Shown here piece after piece: positions 26,347-35,709 of a DNA stretch of 35,709 nt. How positions within the stretch are numbered: the stretch's first letter is position 1; each line of letters opens with the position of its first letter. The DNA is from Gemmatimonadaceae bacterium (GTDB lineage Bacteria > Gemmatimonadota > Gemmatimonadetes > Gemmatimonadales > Gemmatimonadaceae). The stretch is from positions 1 through 35,709 of the forward strand of contig JBBDYA010000084.1 in the NCBI GenBank assembly GCA_040902005.1, written 5' to 3'. A model generated the notes under the pieces. The model was given only the letters and a program-made list of their open reading frames with translations. It was not told where the DNA came from and did no database searches. The position numbers and the translations under genes were made by a program.

Positions 26347-27897
26347 TTACCCCGCCCATTCCGCGTCCAGAATCTCGCGCACCCGGCGCGCCAGGACGTC
26401 CAGCCCGAAGGGCTTCGCCAGGAAATGCGACCCATCCATGGTACGTCCGTCCTGTGCCGCGAGATACTCCGGGCTGTAGCCGGAGATGAACAGCACGCGT
26501 AGTCCCGGATACCAGGCGCGCAGGTGTCCGACGAGCTCGGTGCCGTCCATCCGGGGCATTCGCACATCGGAGATCACCAGGTGCACGGGGGCGTGATGGT
26601 CCTGCATCGCTTTGAGCGCGCTCTCCCCGTCGTCCGCCTCCAGCACGAAGTACCCCAGGTTGCGCAGTGTGCGGCAGAGCGGCGCGCGCACGCTGGGCTC
26701 GTCCTCGACCACCAGCACCACCTCGCCACCGGCGCCGTCACGGACAACCTCCGCCGGCGCCGCGAACTCCAGCTCGACGGATGGGATCACGCGCTGGAAA
26801 AAGATCCGCACGCGCGTGCCCGCCCCGAGTCCGCTCTCGATGTCGATGCTGCCGTGCATCTGCCGCACGGTGCCCCACACGGACGCCAGTCCCATCCCGC
26901 GCCCGCCGGTAGGCCCTTTGGTGGAGTGGAAGGGCTCGAATAGCCGCGACAGCGTGATCTCGTCGATGCCAGTACCAGTGTCGGCGACGACGACAACGAC
27001 AAAGTCATGCGAGTCCGCGGTGCTCACCGTCAGCACGCCACCGTCCGGCATGGCGTCCACCGCGTTGAACACCAGGTTCAGCACGGCCTGCTCGAAGCGC
27101 GCGGGATCCAGCTCCACCTCGCCCGATGCCTTGAGGTCGAGTCGCAGCGTGATGTTGGCCGGCAGCACGTGATGCAGCAGGGGCCGCAGCTGCTCGATCA
27201 GATGGTTGGCGTCCGCGTGGCGCAGGACGAGTGTCTGGCTCCCGCTGAATGCCATGAGCTGCCGCGTCATGCGCGCGGCCCGCCGTCCCGCTTCGCGGAT
27301 GTGGCGCAGGTCCACGCGAACCGGCTCGGGCAGGTCGGAGCTCTCCAGGGCAAGGTCCGCCGTGGCCATCATGGCGGTCAGCAGGTTGTTGAACTCGTGC
27401 GCAATGCCGCCACCGAGGCGCCGCATCGCCTCCATTTTTTCGACGAAGCGCTCTTCGTCGTCCAGCGCCCGCAGCTCGCTCAGCTCGGTGGACACGAGGA
27501 TGACGAGCCGCCGGCCGTGCAGCTCAAAGCGCCGGTAGGCGGCGTGCACCGGGAAGAGGGACCCATCCTTTCGCCGGTGCCGTTGCCGCTCCACGAGCGT
27601 GGAGTCGCCGTCAGGTCGGTCCGCCTTCGCGATCAGCTGCGGCACGTCGTCCGGATCCATGAGATCGGTCAGCCGGGCAACGCGCATCGAATCCGGCGAG
27701 TGCCCATACCGATCCTCCGCTGCCGGGTTGGCGAACAGGACGCGGAGGTGCTGGCTGTCGAAGATGATCGTAGGCGACGGGCTGGCGAGCAGCAGTTCGA
27801 GTCCCCCCCCCATCCCGGCAAAGAGCGGGTTGTGGCTCATCCGTGGGGAGAGTGACGGCAGAGTGAATTCGGGTGCATAGGAAGTGGGCTGCTGCAA
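26347..27897 (-). CDS. Hybrid kinase PAS-HisKA-HATPase-REC
   Basis: PAS 'FANPAAEDRYG...HRRKDGSLFPV'; 'GGIAHEFNNLL'; 'NAVDAMPDGG'; REC 'VVEDE...SDVRMP...AKPF'; start uncertain (27897 or ATG 27840). Confidence 0.92.
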   Translation of the reverse strand: MQQPTSYAPEFTLPSLSPRMSHNPLFAGMGGGLELLLASPSPTIIFDSQHLRVLFANPAAEDRYGHSPDSMRVARLTDLMDPDDVPQLIAKADRPDGDSTLVERQRHRRKDGSLFPVHAAYRRFELHGRRLVILVSTELSELRALDDEERFVEKMEAMRRLGGGIAHEFNNLLTAMMATADLALESSDLPEPVRVDLRHIREAGRRAARMTRQLMAFSGSQTLVLRHADANHLIEQLRPLLHHVLPANITLRLDLKASGEVELDPARFEQAVLNLVFNAVDAMPDGGVLTVSTADSHDFVVVVVADTGTGIDEITLSRLFEPFHSTKGPTGGRGMGLASVWGTVRQMHGSIDIESGLGAGTRVRIFFQRVIPSVELEFAAPAEVVRDGAGGEVVLVVEDEPSVRAPLCRTLRNLGYFVLEADDGESALKAMQDHHAPVHLVISDVRMPRMDGTELVGHLRAWYPGLRVLFISGYSPEYLAAQDGRTMDGSHFLAKPFGLDVLARRVREILDAEWAG

Positions 27898-28010
27898 GTA
27901 TCGGCACTTCCCCGGTTCACTCTCGTGCCAGGTGGGCCAGCCGGTACGAGCCGGTACCAGCCCGTACCGGCCACATCCAGGGCCGGCCGGCCATGCCTTA
28001 CGTTGCTGCC

Positions 28011-29978
28011 ATGAAGCCGACCCCTCGCGTCGCGGCGGCCCTGCTCATCCTCGCTGCGGCGGGCGCCCATGCGCAGGATACGACGCGCGCCGCGCCGCCC
28101 CCCCCCCAACGCCGCGATTCCGCCGCGGCCATCGCCGGCGTCGTCGTCACCTCCACGCGCTCTGAGCGTCGCATCGAGGACGAACCGCTGCGGGTGGAGG
28201 TGCTCACGCGGGAGGAGATCGAGGAAAAGCTGTTGATGACGCCTGGCGACATCACCATGATGCTCAATGAATCTTCAGGCCTGCGCGTGCGCACCACATC
28301 GCCGTCGCTTGGAGGCGCCAGCGTCGGCATCCAGGGGCTGCGCGGGCGCTACACGCAGATCCTCTCCGACGGGCTGCCCCTCTATGGCGGCCAGACGGGC
28401 GGACTGGGACTGCTCCAGATACCACCCATGGACCTGGGCGCGGTCGAAATCATCAAGGGCGTCGCGTCCGCGCTCCACGGCGGGAGCGCACTCGGCGGTG
28501 TGATCAACCTGATTTCCCGGCGTCCCGGTTACACGCCCGTGCGGGAACTGCTCGTCAACCAGACGACGCTCGGCGGCACGGACCTCGTGGGGTTCGCGTC
28601 GGGCCGCCCCGGGGGGGGGCCACGCTGGGGCTACACGACGCTCGCGGGCGGGCACCGCCAGGCGCAGGTGGATCGCGATCGCGACGGCTGGACCGACCTG
28701 CCCGGGTACGAGCGCGTCGTGGCCCGCCCCCGCGCGTTCTACGTACATCCGCGCGGCCATTCGGCCATGCTGACGGTGGGAGCGACCGCCGAGCGGCGCG
28801 AGGGAGGCTCGATGCCGGGGCGTACGGCCCCCGACGGATCGGCGCATCCGGAGCGACTCTCCACGCGCCGCTTCGACGCCGGCGGCGTCGCCCGGCGGCT
28901 TACCGGCAATTCCATTCTGTCCGTTCGCGGATCCGCCGCGTCGCAGGCGCACTCGCACACCTTCGGCTCGGTGCGCGAGCGGGACGCGCACCTCACCTGG
29001 TTCGGCGAAGCCGCCCTGACGTCCACGCGCGGCGGCGGGATCTGGGTCGTGGGCACGGCACTGCAGCAGGAGCGCTACCGCACCACCGACGTCGCCTCAT
29101 TCGACTATACGTTCACCACGCCGGGTGCGTTCGCGCAGGGCACCGTCGACATCGGCCGACTGTCCGTGACGGCGAGCGCGCGCGCGGATCGACACAGTGA
29201 ATACGGAACCCAGTTCGCGCCGCGACTGTCGGCGCTGGTGCGCCTGCCCGCCGAGTGGTCGCTGCGTGGGTCGGCGGGATCCGGATACTTCGCGCCGACA
29301 CCGTTCACGGAGGAGACGGAAGTCACCGGGCTCACGCCGCTCGATCCCCTCGATGGGCTCCGCGCCGAACGGGCGCGGAACGCGTCGCTGGACCTCGGAG
29401 GCACCGTTGGCTCGCTCGAAATCAACGGGACGGTGTTCGCCTCGGTCGTCTTCGACCCCGTGGACATTCGCCCGGCGACTGCGGGCGGCGACCGCATCCT
29501 GCTGGTGAACCTGCCCGGCGCAACCCGCGCCGGCGGTGGCGAACTGCTCGCCCGGTGGAATCCGGAGCCCTTCCACGTGACAGCGACGTACACGCACGTG
29601 CGATCGACCGGGATCGACCCTGAGTCACTCCTCAGGCGCCCCACGCCGCTCACGCCACGTCATCAGGCGGGCGTCGTGGGCGCGTGGGAGGACGAGGGGC
29701 GCGCGCGAGTGGGCGTGGAGGTGTACTACACGGGGCGCCAGTCGCTCCGGGACAACCCGTATCGCTCCGTGAGCGCGCCGTACGTGCACGTCGGGGTGTT
29801 ACTGGAGCGGCGGATCGGCGTGGCGCGCGTGTTCGTCAACACGGAAAACCTGCTCGGCTATCGGCAGACCGCCTCCGAGCGGCTGGTACTGCCGTCGCGT
29901 GGATCCGGCGGCCGATGGACCACCGATGTGTGGGGGCCGATCGAGGGGCGGACCGCGAACATCGGCGTCCGACTGTAG
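28011..29978 (+). CDS. TonB-dependent receptor (CirA/FepA-like plug and barrel)
   Basis: Signal peptide AHA-Q; TonB-box-like 'GVVVTSTR'; plug 'IQGLRGRYTQILSDG', 'VEIIKGVASALHGGSALGGVINLI'; C-terminal 'ENLL...GRTANIGVRL'. Confidence 0.93.
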   Translation: MKPTPRVAAALLILAAAGAHAQDTTRAAPPPPQRRDSAAAIAGVVVTSTRSERRIEDEPLRVEVLTREEIEEKLLMTPGDITMMLNESSGLRVRTTSPSLGGASVGIQGLRGRYTQILSDGLPLYGGQTGGLGLLQIPPMDLGAVEIIKGVASALHGGSALGGVINLISRRPGYTPVRELLVNQTTLGGTDLVGFASGRPGGGPRWGYTTLAGGHRQAQVDRDRDGWTDLPGYERVVARPRAFYVHPRGHSAMLTVGATAERREGGSMPGRTAPDGSAHPERLSTRRFDAGGVARRLTGNSILSVRGSAASQAHSHTFGSVRERDAHLTWFGEAALTSTRGGGIWVVGTALQQERYRTTDVASFDYTFTTPGAFAQGTVDIGRLSVTASARADRHSEYGTQFAPRLSALVRLPAEWSLRGSAGSGYFAPTPFTEETEVTGLTPLDPLDGLRAERARNASLDLGGTVGSLEINGTVFASVVFDPVDIRPATAGGDRILLVNLPGATRAGGGELLARWNPEPFHVTATYTHVRSTGIDPESLLRRPTPLTPRHQAGVVGAWEDEGRARVGVEVYYTGRQSLRDNPYRSVSAPYVHVGVLLERRIGVARVFVNTENLLGYRQTASERLVLPSRGSGGRWTTDVWGPIEGRTANIGVRL

Positions 29979-29994
29979 GTCGTCGCCTCGTCCC

Positions 29995-31701
29995 CTAGTG
30001 TCCCCCGGCGTGCCCGTCCTTGCGCGGGTCCGACCCCGCGACATAGCCGCGTGACAGTCTGATGATCGCCTGGCTGCCGCCGAACTGGTCGGGCTGCCCG
30101 ACGCGCACGCTGTGTCCCAGCAGCCGCAGCGCCGCGAGTACACTGTCCGGAACGGTGGATTCCAGGATGACGCGCGTGGAATCCAGGTGCCGGAAGCGCC
30201 CGGCGTCCTGCGCCCGCTGAATGTCCATGCCGAACACGAGGTGGTTCAGGAGAAACTGCACGTGTCCCTGCGATTGCATCGCGCCACCCATGAGCCCGAA
30301 GCTCATGTAGGGCACGTCACCCGCGCCGTCTGGCGCCTGGGCCGCCGCTGGTATCGTCACGAAGCCGGGAATCAGCGTGTGGAAGGGACGTTTTCCCGGC
30401 GCCACTGTATTGGGCCGCGCCGGCGTGAGGGTGAACCCCGAGCCGCGATCGTGCAGCGCGAACCCGGTGCCCGGTACCACGATGCCCGATCCGAATTCGT
30501 TGTAGATCGAGTTGATGAACGAGACCATGTTGCCATGGCGGTCGGCGACGGTGAGGTAGACGGTCTCGCTGGACACGCGCTCCGGACCGGGCTCCGCGCG
30601 GATCTTCGCCTTCGTCGTGTCGAGGTGCCGGCGCCGTTCCGTGATGAAGGGGTCCGAGAGGATCTGCGCGGAGGTCAGCGTGAGATGATCGGGATCACCG
30701 ACGTACCGCGCGAGATCGGCGTACGCCAGCTTCTTGGCTTCGATGAGCAGGTGGAGATACCTGGCCGAGTTGTGTCCCAGGGACTGGAGGTCGTACGGCT
30801 CCAGGATGCGGAGCATCTCCAGCGCGGCGATGCCCTGGTTGTTGGGCGGCATTTCCCACACGCGATATCCCCTGAACGTGACCGAGATGGGGGTCACCCA
30901 CGTGTTGGCATGCGCCTCCAGGTCCCGCAGCGTGAGGAATCCGCCCAGCTCCCGCACACGGTCCACGATCCGCCGGCCCAGCGCGCCGCCGTAGAAGCCG
31001 GCCAGTCCGTCTCGCGCGATCTCGCGCAGCGTGCGCGCGTAGTCCGGGTTGGTGAACAGCTCGCCCGCCGCCGGCGGCTGGCTGTCACGCAGAAAGGTGG
31101 CGCGCGCGCCGTCGTCGCGCCGCAGGATGCTCACCTGGCTGGCCCAGTCGGCGGCGATCACCGGCGTGACGACGAAACCGTTCTCCGCGTAGCCGATCGC
31201 GGGGTCGAGCGCCTGCGCGAGCGAGCGCGTGCCGTACCGGTCCAGCAGCGCCTGCCAGCCGGCCAGCGCGCCGGGCACCGTGATCGCTTCCACGCCGCGC
31301 CGGACGCTGGTGCGGCCCCGGCGCAGCAGCTCGTCGCGGGTCATGAGCGCACCGGCGCGGCCGCTGGCGTTGAGGGCGACGAGCCGATTCTCGCGCGCGA
31401 GCCAGATGATGGCGAACATGTCGCCGCCGATGCCGGTCATCATCGGTTCCACCACGGAGAGCACCGCCGCCGCGGTGACTGCCGCGTCGATCGCGTTGCC
31501 ACCGCGCTCGAGCACCGAGATCGCCGCCGTCGTGGCGAGCGGCTGGCTCGTGGCCGCAACGCCGTTCGGGGCATACACGGGCGAGCGACCCGCCATGGTC
31601 GCGGCGACGGGCGCGTGCTGCGCCGCTGCCCTGCCCGCGGACAGGAGACCGAGTAACAGAAGCGCGCGCGAGGCGCGCCGGCAAAAAGGAGGGGGTGTCA
31701 T
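29995..31701 (-). CDS. ggt: Gamma-glutamyltransferase family protein, exported
   Basis: 'GGNAIDAAV', 'EPMMTGIGGD', 'TVPG', 'PPNNQG', nucleophile site 'SETVYLTV', 'PGKRPFHTLIP', 'SDPRKDG'. Confidence 0.93.
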   Translation of the reverse strand: MTPPPFCRRASRALLLLGLLSAGRAAAQHAPVAATMAGRSPVYAPNGVAATSQPLATTAAISVLERGGNAIDAAVTAAAVLSVVEPMMTGIGGDMFAIIWLARENRLVALNASGRAGALMTRDELLRRGRTSVRRGVEAITVPGALAGWQALLDRYGTRSLAQALDPAIGYAENGFVVTPVIAADWASQVSILRRDDGARATFLRDSQPPAAGELFTNPDYARTLREIARDGLAGFYGGALGRRIVDRVRELGGFLTLRDLEAHANTWVTPISVTFRGYRVWEMPPNNQGIAALEMLRILEPYDLQSLGHNSARYLHLLIEAKKLAYADLARYVGDPDHLTLTSAQILSDPFITERRRHLDTTKAKIRAEPGPERVSSETVYLTVADRHGNMVSFINSIYNEFGSGIVVPGTGFALHDRGSGFTLTPARPNTVAPGKRPFHTLIPGFVTIPAAAQAPDGAGDVPYMSFGLMGGAMQSQGHVQFLLNHLVFGMDIQRAQDAGRFRHLDSTRVILESTVPDSVLAALRLLGHSVRVGQPDQFGGSQAIIRLSRGYVAGSDPRKDGHAGGH

Positions 31702-31755
31702 CCAGAGAGAATGCGGCAACTGGCCGTTGCCATCAAGCTCTCTCACCCGCGCTCG

Positions 31756-32712
31756 CTACCTGCCCGCGGCGACGGTCGGCTCGAATGCGGCGGTGATCAC
31801 GCGGCCCACCCAGTCCCGGGGCGTGGCGATGTTGAGCAGCCAGAGCGCGGTGGCGGCCGTGTCCATCGTGCGGATGCCGGACAACTCACCGCCGGGTCGC
31901 ACGCCGGCGCCCCAGACGATCCACGGAATCGTCATGTCCAGCGGATCCGTGGTGCCGTGCGATTTGCCATGGCCGCCGTGGTCGGACGTGACGATCACCG
32001 TGTAGCCGCCGCGCCCAAACGCCTTGTCCGCCAGCGCCAGCACCCGCGCGACCGCATTGTCCGATTCGCGCACCGCCATGCCGTACCACCAGCCCATCCA
32101 GCCGAAGTTGTGCCCGGCGAAGTCGGCGTCGGCGAGATGAACGAACAGCAGGTTGGGCGTGGCCTCGCTGAGATAGTCCGCCAGCATGTCGATCGTCTTG
32201 CCCGAATTCCATGGGATGACGCCGCCAGCGGGACCGCGCACGTGATGGACCGTGCCGGGCGGCGCGACGTGGTGGAACTTCGGCTTGCTGAAGAAGGCGG
32301 CCGTGGTAAAGCCGGCGTCGGTCGCGAGGCCGAACACGGTGGGCACCTTCACATACCCGAACTCACCCGTGCGGTCGGAGTTCCAGGTGATGCCGTGCAC
32401 GTCCTCCTCTACGCCGGTGAGCATGGAGGTGTGGGAGGGCAGCGTCTTGCTGTTCGAAATGGTCTGCGCGGTGAGCGAATGACGCCCCTCGCGCATCAGG
32501 CGCCTGAGGGTGGTCGCGTCGAATTTCGCGATGGCGTCCGGACGGAGCCCGTCAACGGAAATCACCACCACATGGTCGGTGACGTGGCCGCGCGTAGCGG
32601 CTGGGGCCCCTTGCAGGACCACGCCCGGTTCGAGCTCCGCGCGAGGGCGCGAGCAGCCTGAGCCAACACCGGCGAGGACCGCGAGAACGGGAAGCAACGT
32701 ACGACGATTCAT
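31756..32712 (-). CDS. Alkaline-phosphatase-superfamily nucleotide pyrophosphatase/phosphodiesterase, probable lipoprotein
   Basis: 'ISVDGLRPD', Thr nucleophile 'KTLPSHTSMLTG', 'DFAGH', 'TSDHGG'; signal peptide followed by Cys. Confidence 0.9.
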   Translation of the reverse strand: MNRRTLLPVLAVLAGVGSGCSRPRAELEPGVVLQGAPAATRGHVTDHVVVISVDGLRPDAIAKFDATTLRRLMREGRHSLTAQTISNSKTLPSHTSMLTGVEEDVHGITWNSDRTGEFGYVKVPTVFGLATDAGFTTAAFFSKPKFHHVAPPGTVHHVRGPAGGVIPWNSGKTIDMLADYLSEATPNLLFVHLADADFAGHNFGWMGWWYGMAVRESDNAVARVLALADKAFGRGGYTVIVTSDHGGHGKSHGTTDPLDMTIPWIVWGAGVRPGGELSGIRTMDTAATALWLLNIATPRDWVGRVITAAFEPTVAAGR

Positions 32713-32800
32713 GGCCACGGGAAGTACGGAAGGCGAGAAGGTCGAGCCCGGAGAGGCAACGAGCGCTCAGGCGGGTAAGGAACTGTACGAGCGTCGGCCG

Positions 32801-33328
32801 TCAATGCAATGACGATTCTGGCGGGTTCGGGTCAGCGAGCCCAGCGGCATCGTGATCGCCCATCTCGCCACGCAACACGGTTATCGCGTGGTTGACGATC
32901 GGGTCGAGTGCCGCAAGGGCATCACGCACGCCGCCAGGTGATCCGGGAAGATTGACGATGAGCGTGCGGTGTCGCACGCCACTGATGCCGCGCGACAGCG
33001 CGGCCCTGGGGAACCGGGCCACAACGCTCGCACGAAGCCACTCCGAGATACCGGGCGCGTCGCGCTCGATCGCGACACGGGTTGCCTCCGGCGTGACGTC
33101 CGTGGGCGAGAGTCCCGTTCCCCCGGTGGTGAGCACCAGATCCGCGGCGGCGGCGTCGCACCAGCCGACGAGCGCGCGAAGGATGGCAGCCACGTCATCC
33201 GGCACGAGCGCCCGGGAAACCACTGTATCGCCCCGGCCGCTGGCCCACAGAGCGACCGCGTCACCAGACGTATCGGTTCGCTCTCCCCGGGCTCCCGCGG
33301 TGGACACCGTCAGAATGGCTATCCGCAT
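32801..33328 (-). CDS. mog: Molybdopterin adenylyltransferase (MogA/MoaB family)
   Basis: 'ILTVS', 'DTSG', 'VPDD', 'TTGGTG..PTDVTPEAT', 'LSRG', 'NLPGSPGG'. Confidence 0.9.
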   Translation of the reverse strand: MRIAILTVSTAGARGERTDTSGDAVALWASGRGDTVVSRALVPDDVAAILRALVGWCDAAAADLVLTTGGTGLSPTDVTPEATRVAIERDAPGISEWLRASVVARFPRAALSRGISGVRHRTLIVNLPGSPGGVRDALAALDPIVNHAITVLRGEMGDHDAAGLADPNPPESSLH

Positions 33329-33362
33329 GCGTGGAATCTGACGTTCGGCGTGTCACCGCGGC

Positions 33363-33379
33363 TAGGCACGGCCCATGCA
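33363..33379 (+). promoter_or_regulatory. Sigma-54 (-24/-12) promoter motif
   Basis: TAGGCACGGCCCATGCA: GGCACG-N6-GC with exact GG-N10-GC spacing, upstream of a small ORF. Confidence 0.7.
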
Positions 33380-33411
33380 AACCCCTGTTGCCCATGAAGC
33401 GCAGGTCAGAA

Positions 33412-33603
33412 ATGGCGCGCGGTATTGCGCTCGAAGCCGCCCGCAAGGACATCGCGACGCGCATTCGACACGTGTGCGACGACTTCCCGAAAGTCGATTT
33501 CGAGGAACTCGTGGCTCAGATGGCTTCGATTGAAGTGAAGTATCGTTTGCGTGACGACTTCTGGTTCTACCGGGACGTTTCTCGGATGCCAGCGCTGAAC
33601 TGA
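33412..33603 (+). CDS. Small hypothetical protein (63 aa)
   Basis: MARGIALEAARKDIATRIRHVCDDFPKVDFEELVAQMASIEVKYRLRDDFW...; fills the gap between mog and the AhpD-like gene; follows a sigma-54 motif; alternative ATG at 33394. Confidence 0.65.
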   Translation: MARGIALEAARKDIATRIRHVCDDFPKVDFEELVAQMASIEVKYRLRDDFWFYRDVSRMPALN

Positions 33604-33662
33604 ACAGTCGGCTTTGCAGGCGAACCGAGCGCTGGCTCGCTCCCGCTGCGCTGCGCCCGCCC

Positions 33663-34247
33663 CTACAGGTACCCGCGCTTCAGCAGCATCGTCGCCGACG
33701 TCTGGAAGCCCGCGGCGTCCGGAATGTCGAACTCGAAGGCATCCGCGAGGCGCACATAGATGCTGAACAGCGCGCACACGTGGATCGCGTCCTCGATCGC
33801 CGAGGCGCTGATCCCGGCCCCACGCAGCGGCCGCACGTCCGCCGCGGTCACTGCTTCCGGCGTGAGCGTCAGTCGTTCGAGGAACCCGAGCATCGCGCGC
33901 ACGTTCGGCTCCACCGGGGCGGTGCGCCAGTCGTCCAGCGCGGCCCGCACCAGCTGCTCGTTGCCGTACGCTCTCGACGCGACCGCGCCGTGGGCCGACA
34001 TTCAGAACACGCATTGATTCAGCTTGGAGGTGAAGGCGGCGAACAGCTCGCGATCCGCCACGCTCCAGTCTGAAGGGCCGCGCATGACCGCCTGCGTCCA
34101 TTCGCTCAGCGGCCGGCCGAGGAATTCCGGGCGGTAGAAGAGCGTCCGGAGGATGTCGGGCGCCCGGCGCCGCTGAAACAGCCGGATAGCATAGAGGATC
34201 AGCTTCTGCGGAAGCCGGTGGCCGTGCTCGACGCGCCGCAGTCGCAT
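33663..34247 (-). CDS. AhpD/carboxymuconolactone-decarboxylase-like peroxidase-related protein, probable selenoprotein (CxxU)
   Basis: ORFs 34002-34247 and 33663-34001 are contiguous and in frame; read-through gives 'RELFAAFTSKLNQ-C-V-F-U-MSA-H', matching AhpD 'N.CxxCxxxH'. Confidence 0.88.
33975..33990 (-). promoter_or_regulatory. Bacterial SECIS-like hairpin
   Basis: 11 nt after UGA: CGGCGC-GGUC-GCGUCG (6-bp stem with one G-U pair, G-initiated GGUC loop). Confidence 0.7.
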
Positions 34248-34564
34248 CAGCGGCTCTCCATCAGCGCGGCCAGTCCGCGATTCAGCCGCAGCAGCGCGGC
34301 GCCCACGGCGGCGCTCGCCGTCAGCTCGAAGATCTCGTCCTCATCGTAGCCGGCGCGCTTGAGCGCGTCGACATCGTCATCCGTCACCTGGTCCGCGTGC
34401 CGCGTGACCTTGTCGAGAAACGCCTTCAGGTTTTCCGGCACATCGACCCCGGACCGATCGACGAGCGCCTTGCGCAGCAGGGGCGACGTATGCCCGGGCG
34501 AGTGGCTCACCGCCGCCACCGTCTTCTCCACGAGCGTGCCGTACCGCGCACCGACTTCGGCCAT
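34247..34564 (-). CDS. Small AhpD/CMD-like helical protein lacking Cys, translationally coupled to the selenoprotein gene
   Basis: 'FLDKVTRHADQVTDDDVDALKRAGYDEDEIFELT' parallels 'FLERLTLTPEAVTAADVRPLRGAGISASAIEDA' of the downstream gene; TGATG overlap. Confidence 0.8.
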   Translation of the reverse strand: MAEVGARYGTLVEKTVAAVSHSPGHTSPLLRKALVDRSGVDVPENLKAFLDKVTRHADQVTDDDVDALKRAGYDEDEIFELTASAAVGAALLRLNRGLAALMESR

Positions 34565-34599
34565 GCGTGCTCCGGTTGTTCAGATTCAGCGGCAGGTGG

Positions 34600-35709
34600 C
34601 TACCGGTGCGATCCGCTCGTGTAGAATGGTGCCTTCACGACCGTGGCGCTCACGCGCTTGCCCCGCACTTCCACCTCGAACCTGGCGCCCACTTTCGCGC
34701 CTGCCGGTGGAAGATACGCGGTGCCGATGGGAATACCGAGGGACGGGCTCATCGTCCCACTGCAGACCGTGCCGCTCAGCTTCCCTTCGTGAAACACCGG
34801 ATAGCCGTGCCGCGCGATCGACCGTCCGTCGTCCACGGTAAACGGCACCAGCTTCCGGGGAATGCCCTGCTCCTTCTGCTTGAGCAGCGCGTCGCGTCCA
34901 ACGAAGTCGCCTTTCTTTAGCTTCGTGAGCCAGGCGAGGTTTCCCTCCAGCGGCGTCACCGTATCGTCGATGTCGTTGCCGTACAGCGCCATGCCCATCT
35001 CGAGACGCAACGTGTCGCGCGCCCCCAGCCCGGCGGGCGTCACCTTCCCCGTTCCGACCAAGAGGTTCCAGATAGCGTCGGCGAAGCGGGGATCGAAGTA
35101 CAACTCGAACCCGTCCTCCCCGGTGTAGCCCGTGCGGGAGATGAGCGCGTGCATGCCGCCCACGTGTCCCCACGTGTGCCAGTAATACTTGATGGACGGG
35201 AGATCCACGTCCACCAGCGGGTTGAGGAGCTCTTCCGCGATGGGCCCCTGGAGCGCCAGGAGCGCGATGTCGTCGCTGATGTCGGCGATCTGACACTGGA
35301 ACCGGTCGGCGTGGCGCCGCACGTGGTCGAAATCCTTTTCGCGATTGGAGGCATTCACGACCATGACGATGCGATCGGCGAACTTGTACACCAGGCAATC
35401 GTCCACGATGGTGCCGTTGTCGTGCAGGATCGTCGAGTAGTGCACCTGCCCGTCCGCGAGCGCGGCCACGTCGTTGGTGGTGACGTGATTGACATACTCG
35501 ACCATGCGGTCGCCGCGAATCACGAACTCACCCATGTGCGACACGTCGAACAGTCCGCATTGGTCGCGCACCGCCTTGTGCTCCGCGGTGATGCCGGACG
35601 GATACTGCACCGGCATTTCGTAGCCCGCGAACGGAACGATCCTGGCGTTCAGGGCCTTGTGGATCTGGTAGAATGGCGTGCGCCTGAGAGGCGAGGGGGG
35701 GGGGGGGGG
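34600..35709 (-). CDS. gcvT: Glycine cleavage system aminomethyltransferase T (5' end beyond the window)
   Basis: 'LRRTPFY..H....[12 protein letters not shown]', 'LFDVSHMGE', '[12 protein letters not shown]', '[13 protein letters not shown]'; frame stays open to the window edge. Confidence 0.97.
   Translation of the reverse strand, partial: PPPPPSPLRRTPFYQIHKALNARIVPFAGYEMPVQYPSGITAEHKAVRDQCGLFDVSHMGEFVIRGDRMVEYVNHVTTNDVAALADGQVHYSTILHDNGTIVDDCLVYKFADRIVMVVNASNREKDFDHVRRHADRFQCQIADISDDIALLALQGPIAEELLNPLVDVDLPSIKYYWHTWGHVGGMHALISRTGYTGEDGFELYFDPRFADAIWNLLVGTGKVTPAGLGARDTLRLEMGMALYGNDIDDTVTPLEGNLAWLTKLKKGDFVGRDALLKQKEQGIPRKLVPFTVDDGRSIARHGYPVFHEGKLSGTVCSGTMSPSLGIPIGTAYLPPAGAKVGARFEVEVRGKRVSATVVKAPFYTSGSHR

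Noticed and set aside
27915..27931. CTGGCACGAGAGTGAAC (minus strand) upstream of the PAS hybrid kinase
   Set aside because: Perfect -24 element but no GC at -12
33663..34247. Interpretation as two genes or a nonsense pseudogene
   Set aside because: The TGA falls exactly on the catalytic Cys column and is followed by a SECIS-like hairpin; Sec recoding is more parsimonious
35695..35709. Terminal poly-G run
   Set aside because: At the window edge inside the gcvT 5' region; most likely a sequencing or contig-end artefact

Overview
GC-rich bacterial window. Gene content and style suggest Gemmatimonadota (inference). It is dominated by signalling genes: five histidine kinases (three hybrid), stand-alone receivers, a Ser/Thr kinase, a tandem-fused double LysR and a sigma-54 activator. 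Envelope and housekeeping genes include an RCC1 lipoprotein, a TonB-dependent receptor, ggt, an NPP-type phosphodiesterase, mog/moaB and a 5'-truncated gcvT. Four things stand out. (1) An unannotated 19-codon peptide ORF (21142-21201, MITLFVELCVRAAGWIVVT) with a strong SD-like sequence lies between an uncharacterised gene and a multi-TM HD-GYP phosphodiesterase, in a lower-GC segment; this is a candidate peptide-signal-to-c-di-GMP system. (2) An AhpD/CMD-like gene is split by an in-frame TGA in a CxxU motif, with a SECIS-like hairpin 11 nt downstream, so it is probably a selenoprotein. (3) A BTAD/AAA regulator gene is bracketed by an ~82-91 bp direct repeat of its own leader, and the second copy has lost its start codon. 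(4) Sigma-54-type -24/-12 motifs precede three small genes, two of them paralogous HTH proteins flanking a hybrid kinase. No rRNA, tRNA, CRISPR array or transposase was recognised. All calls are by eye, without database searches.
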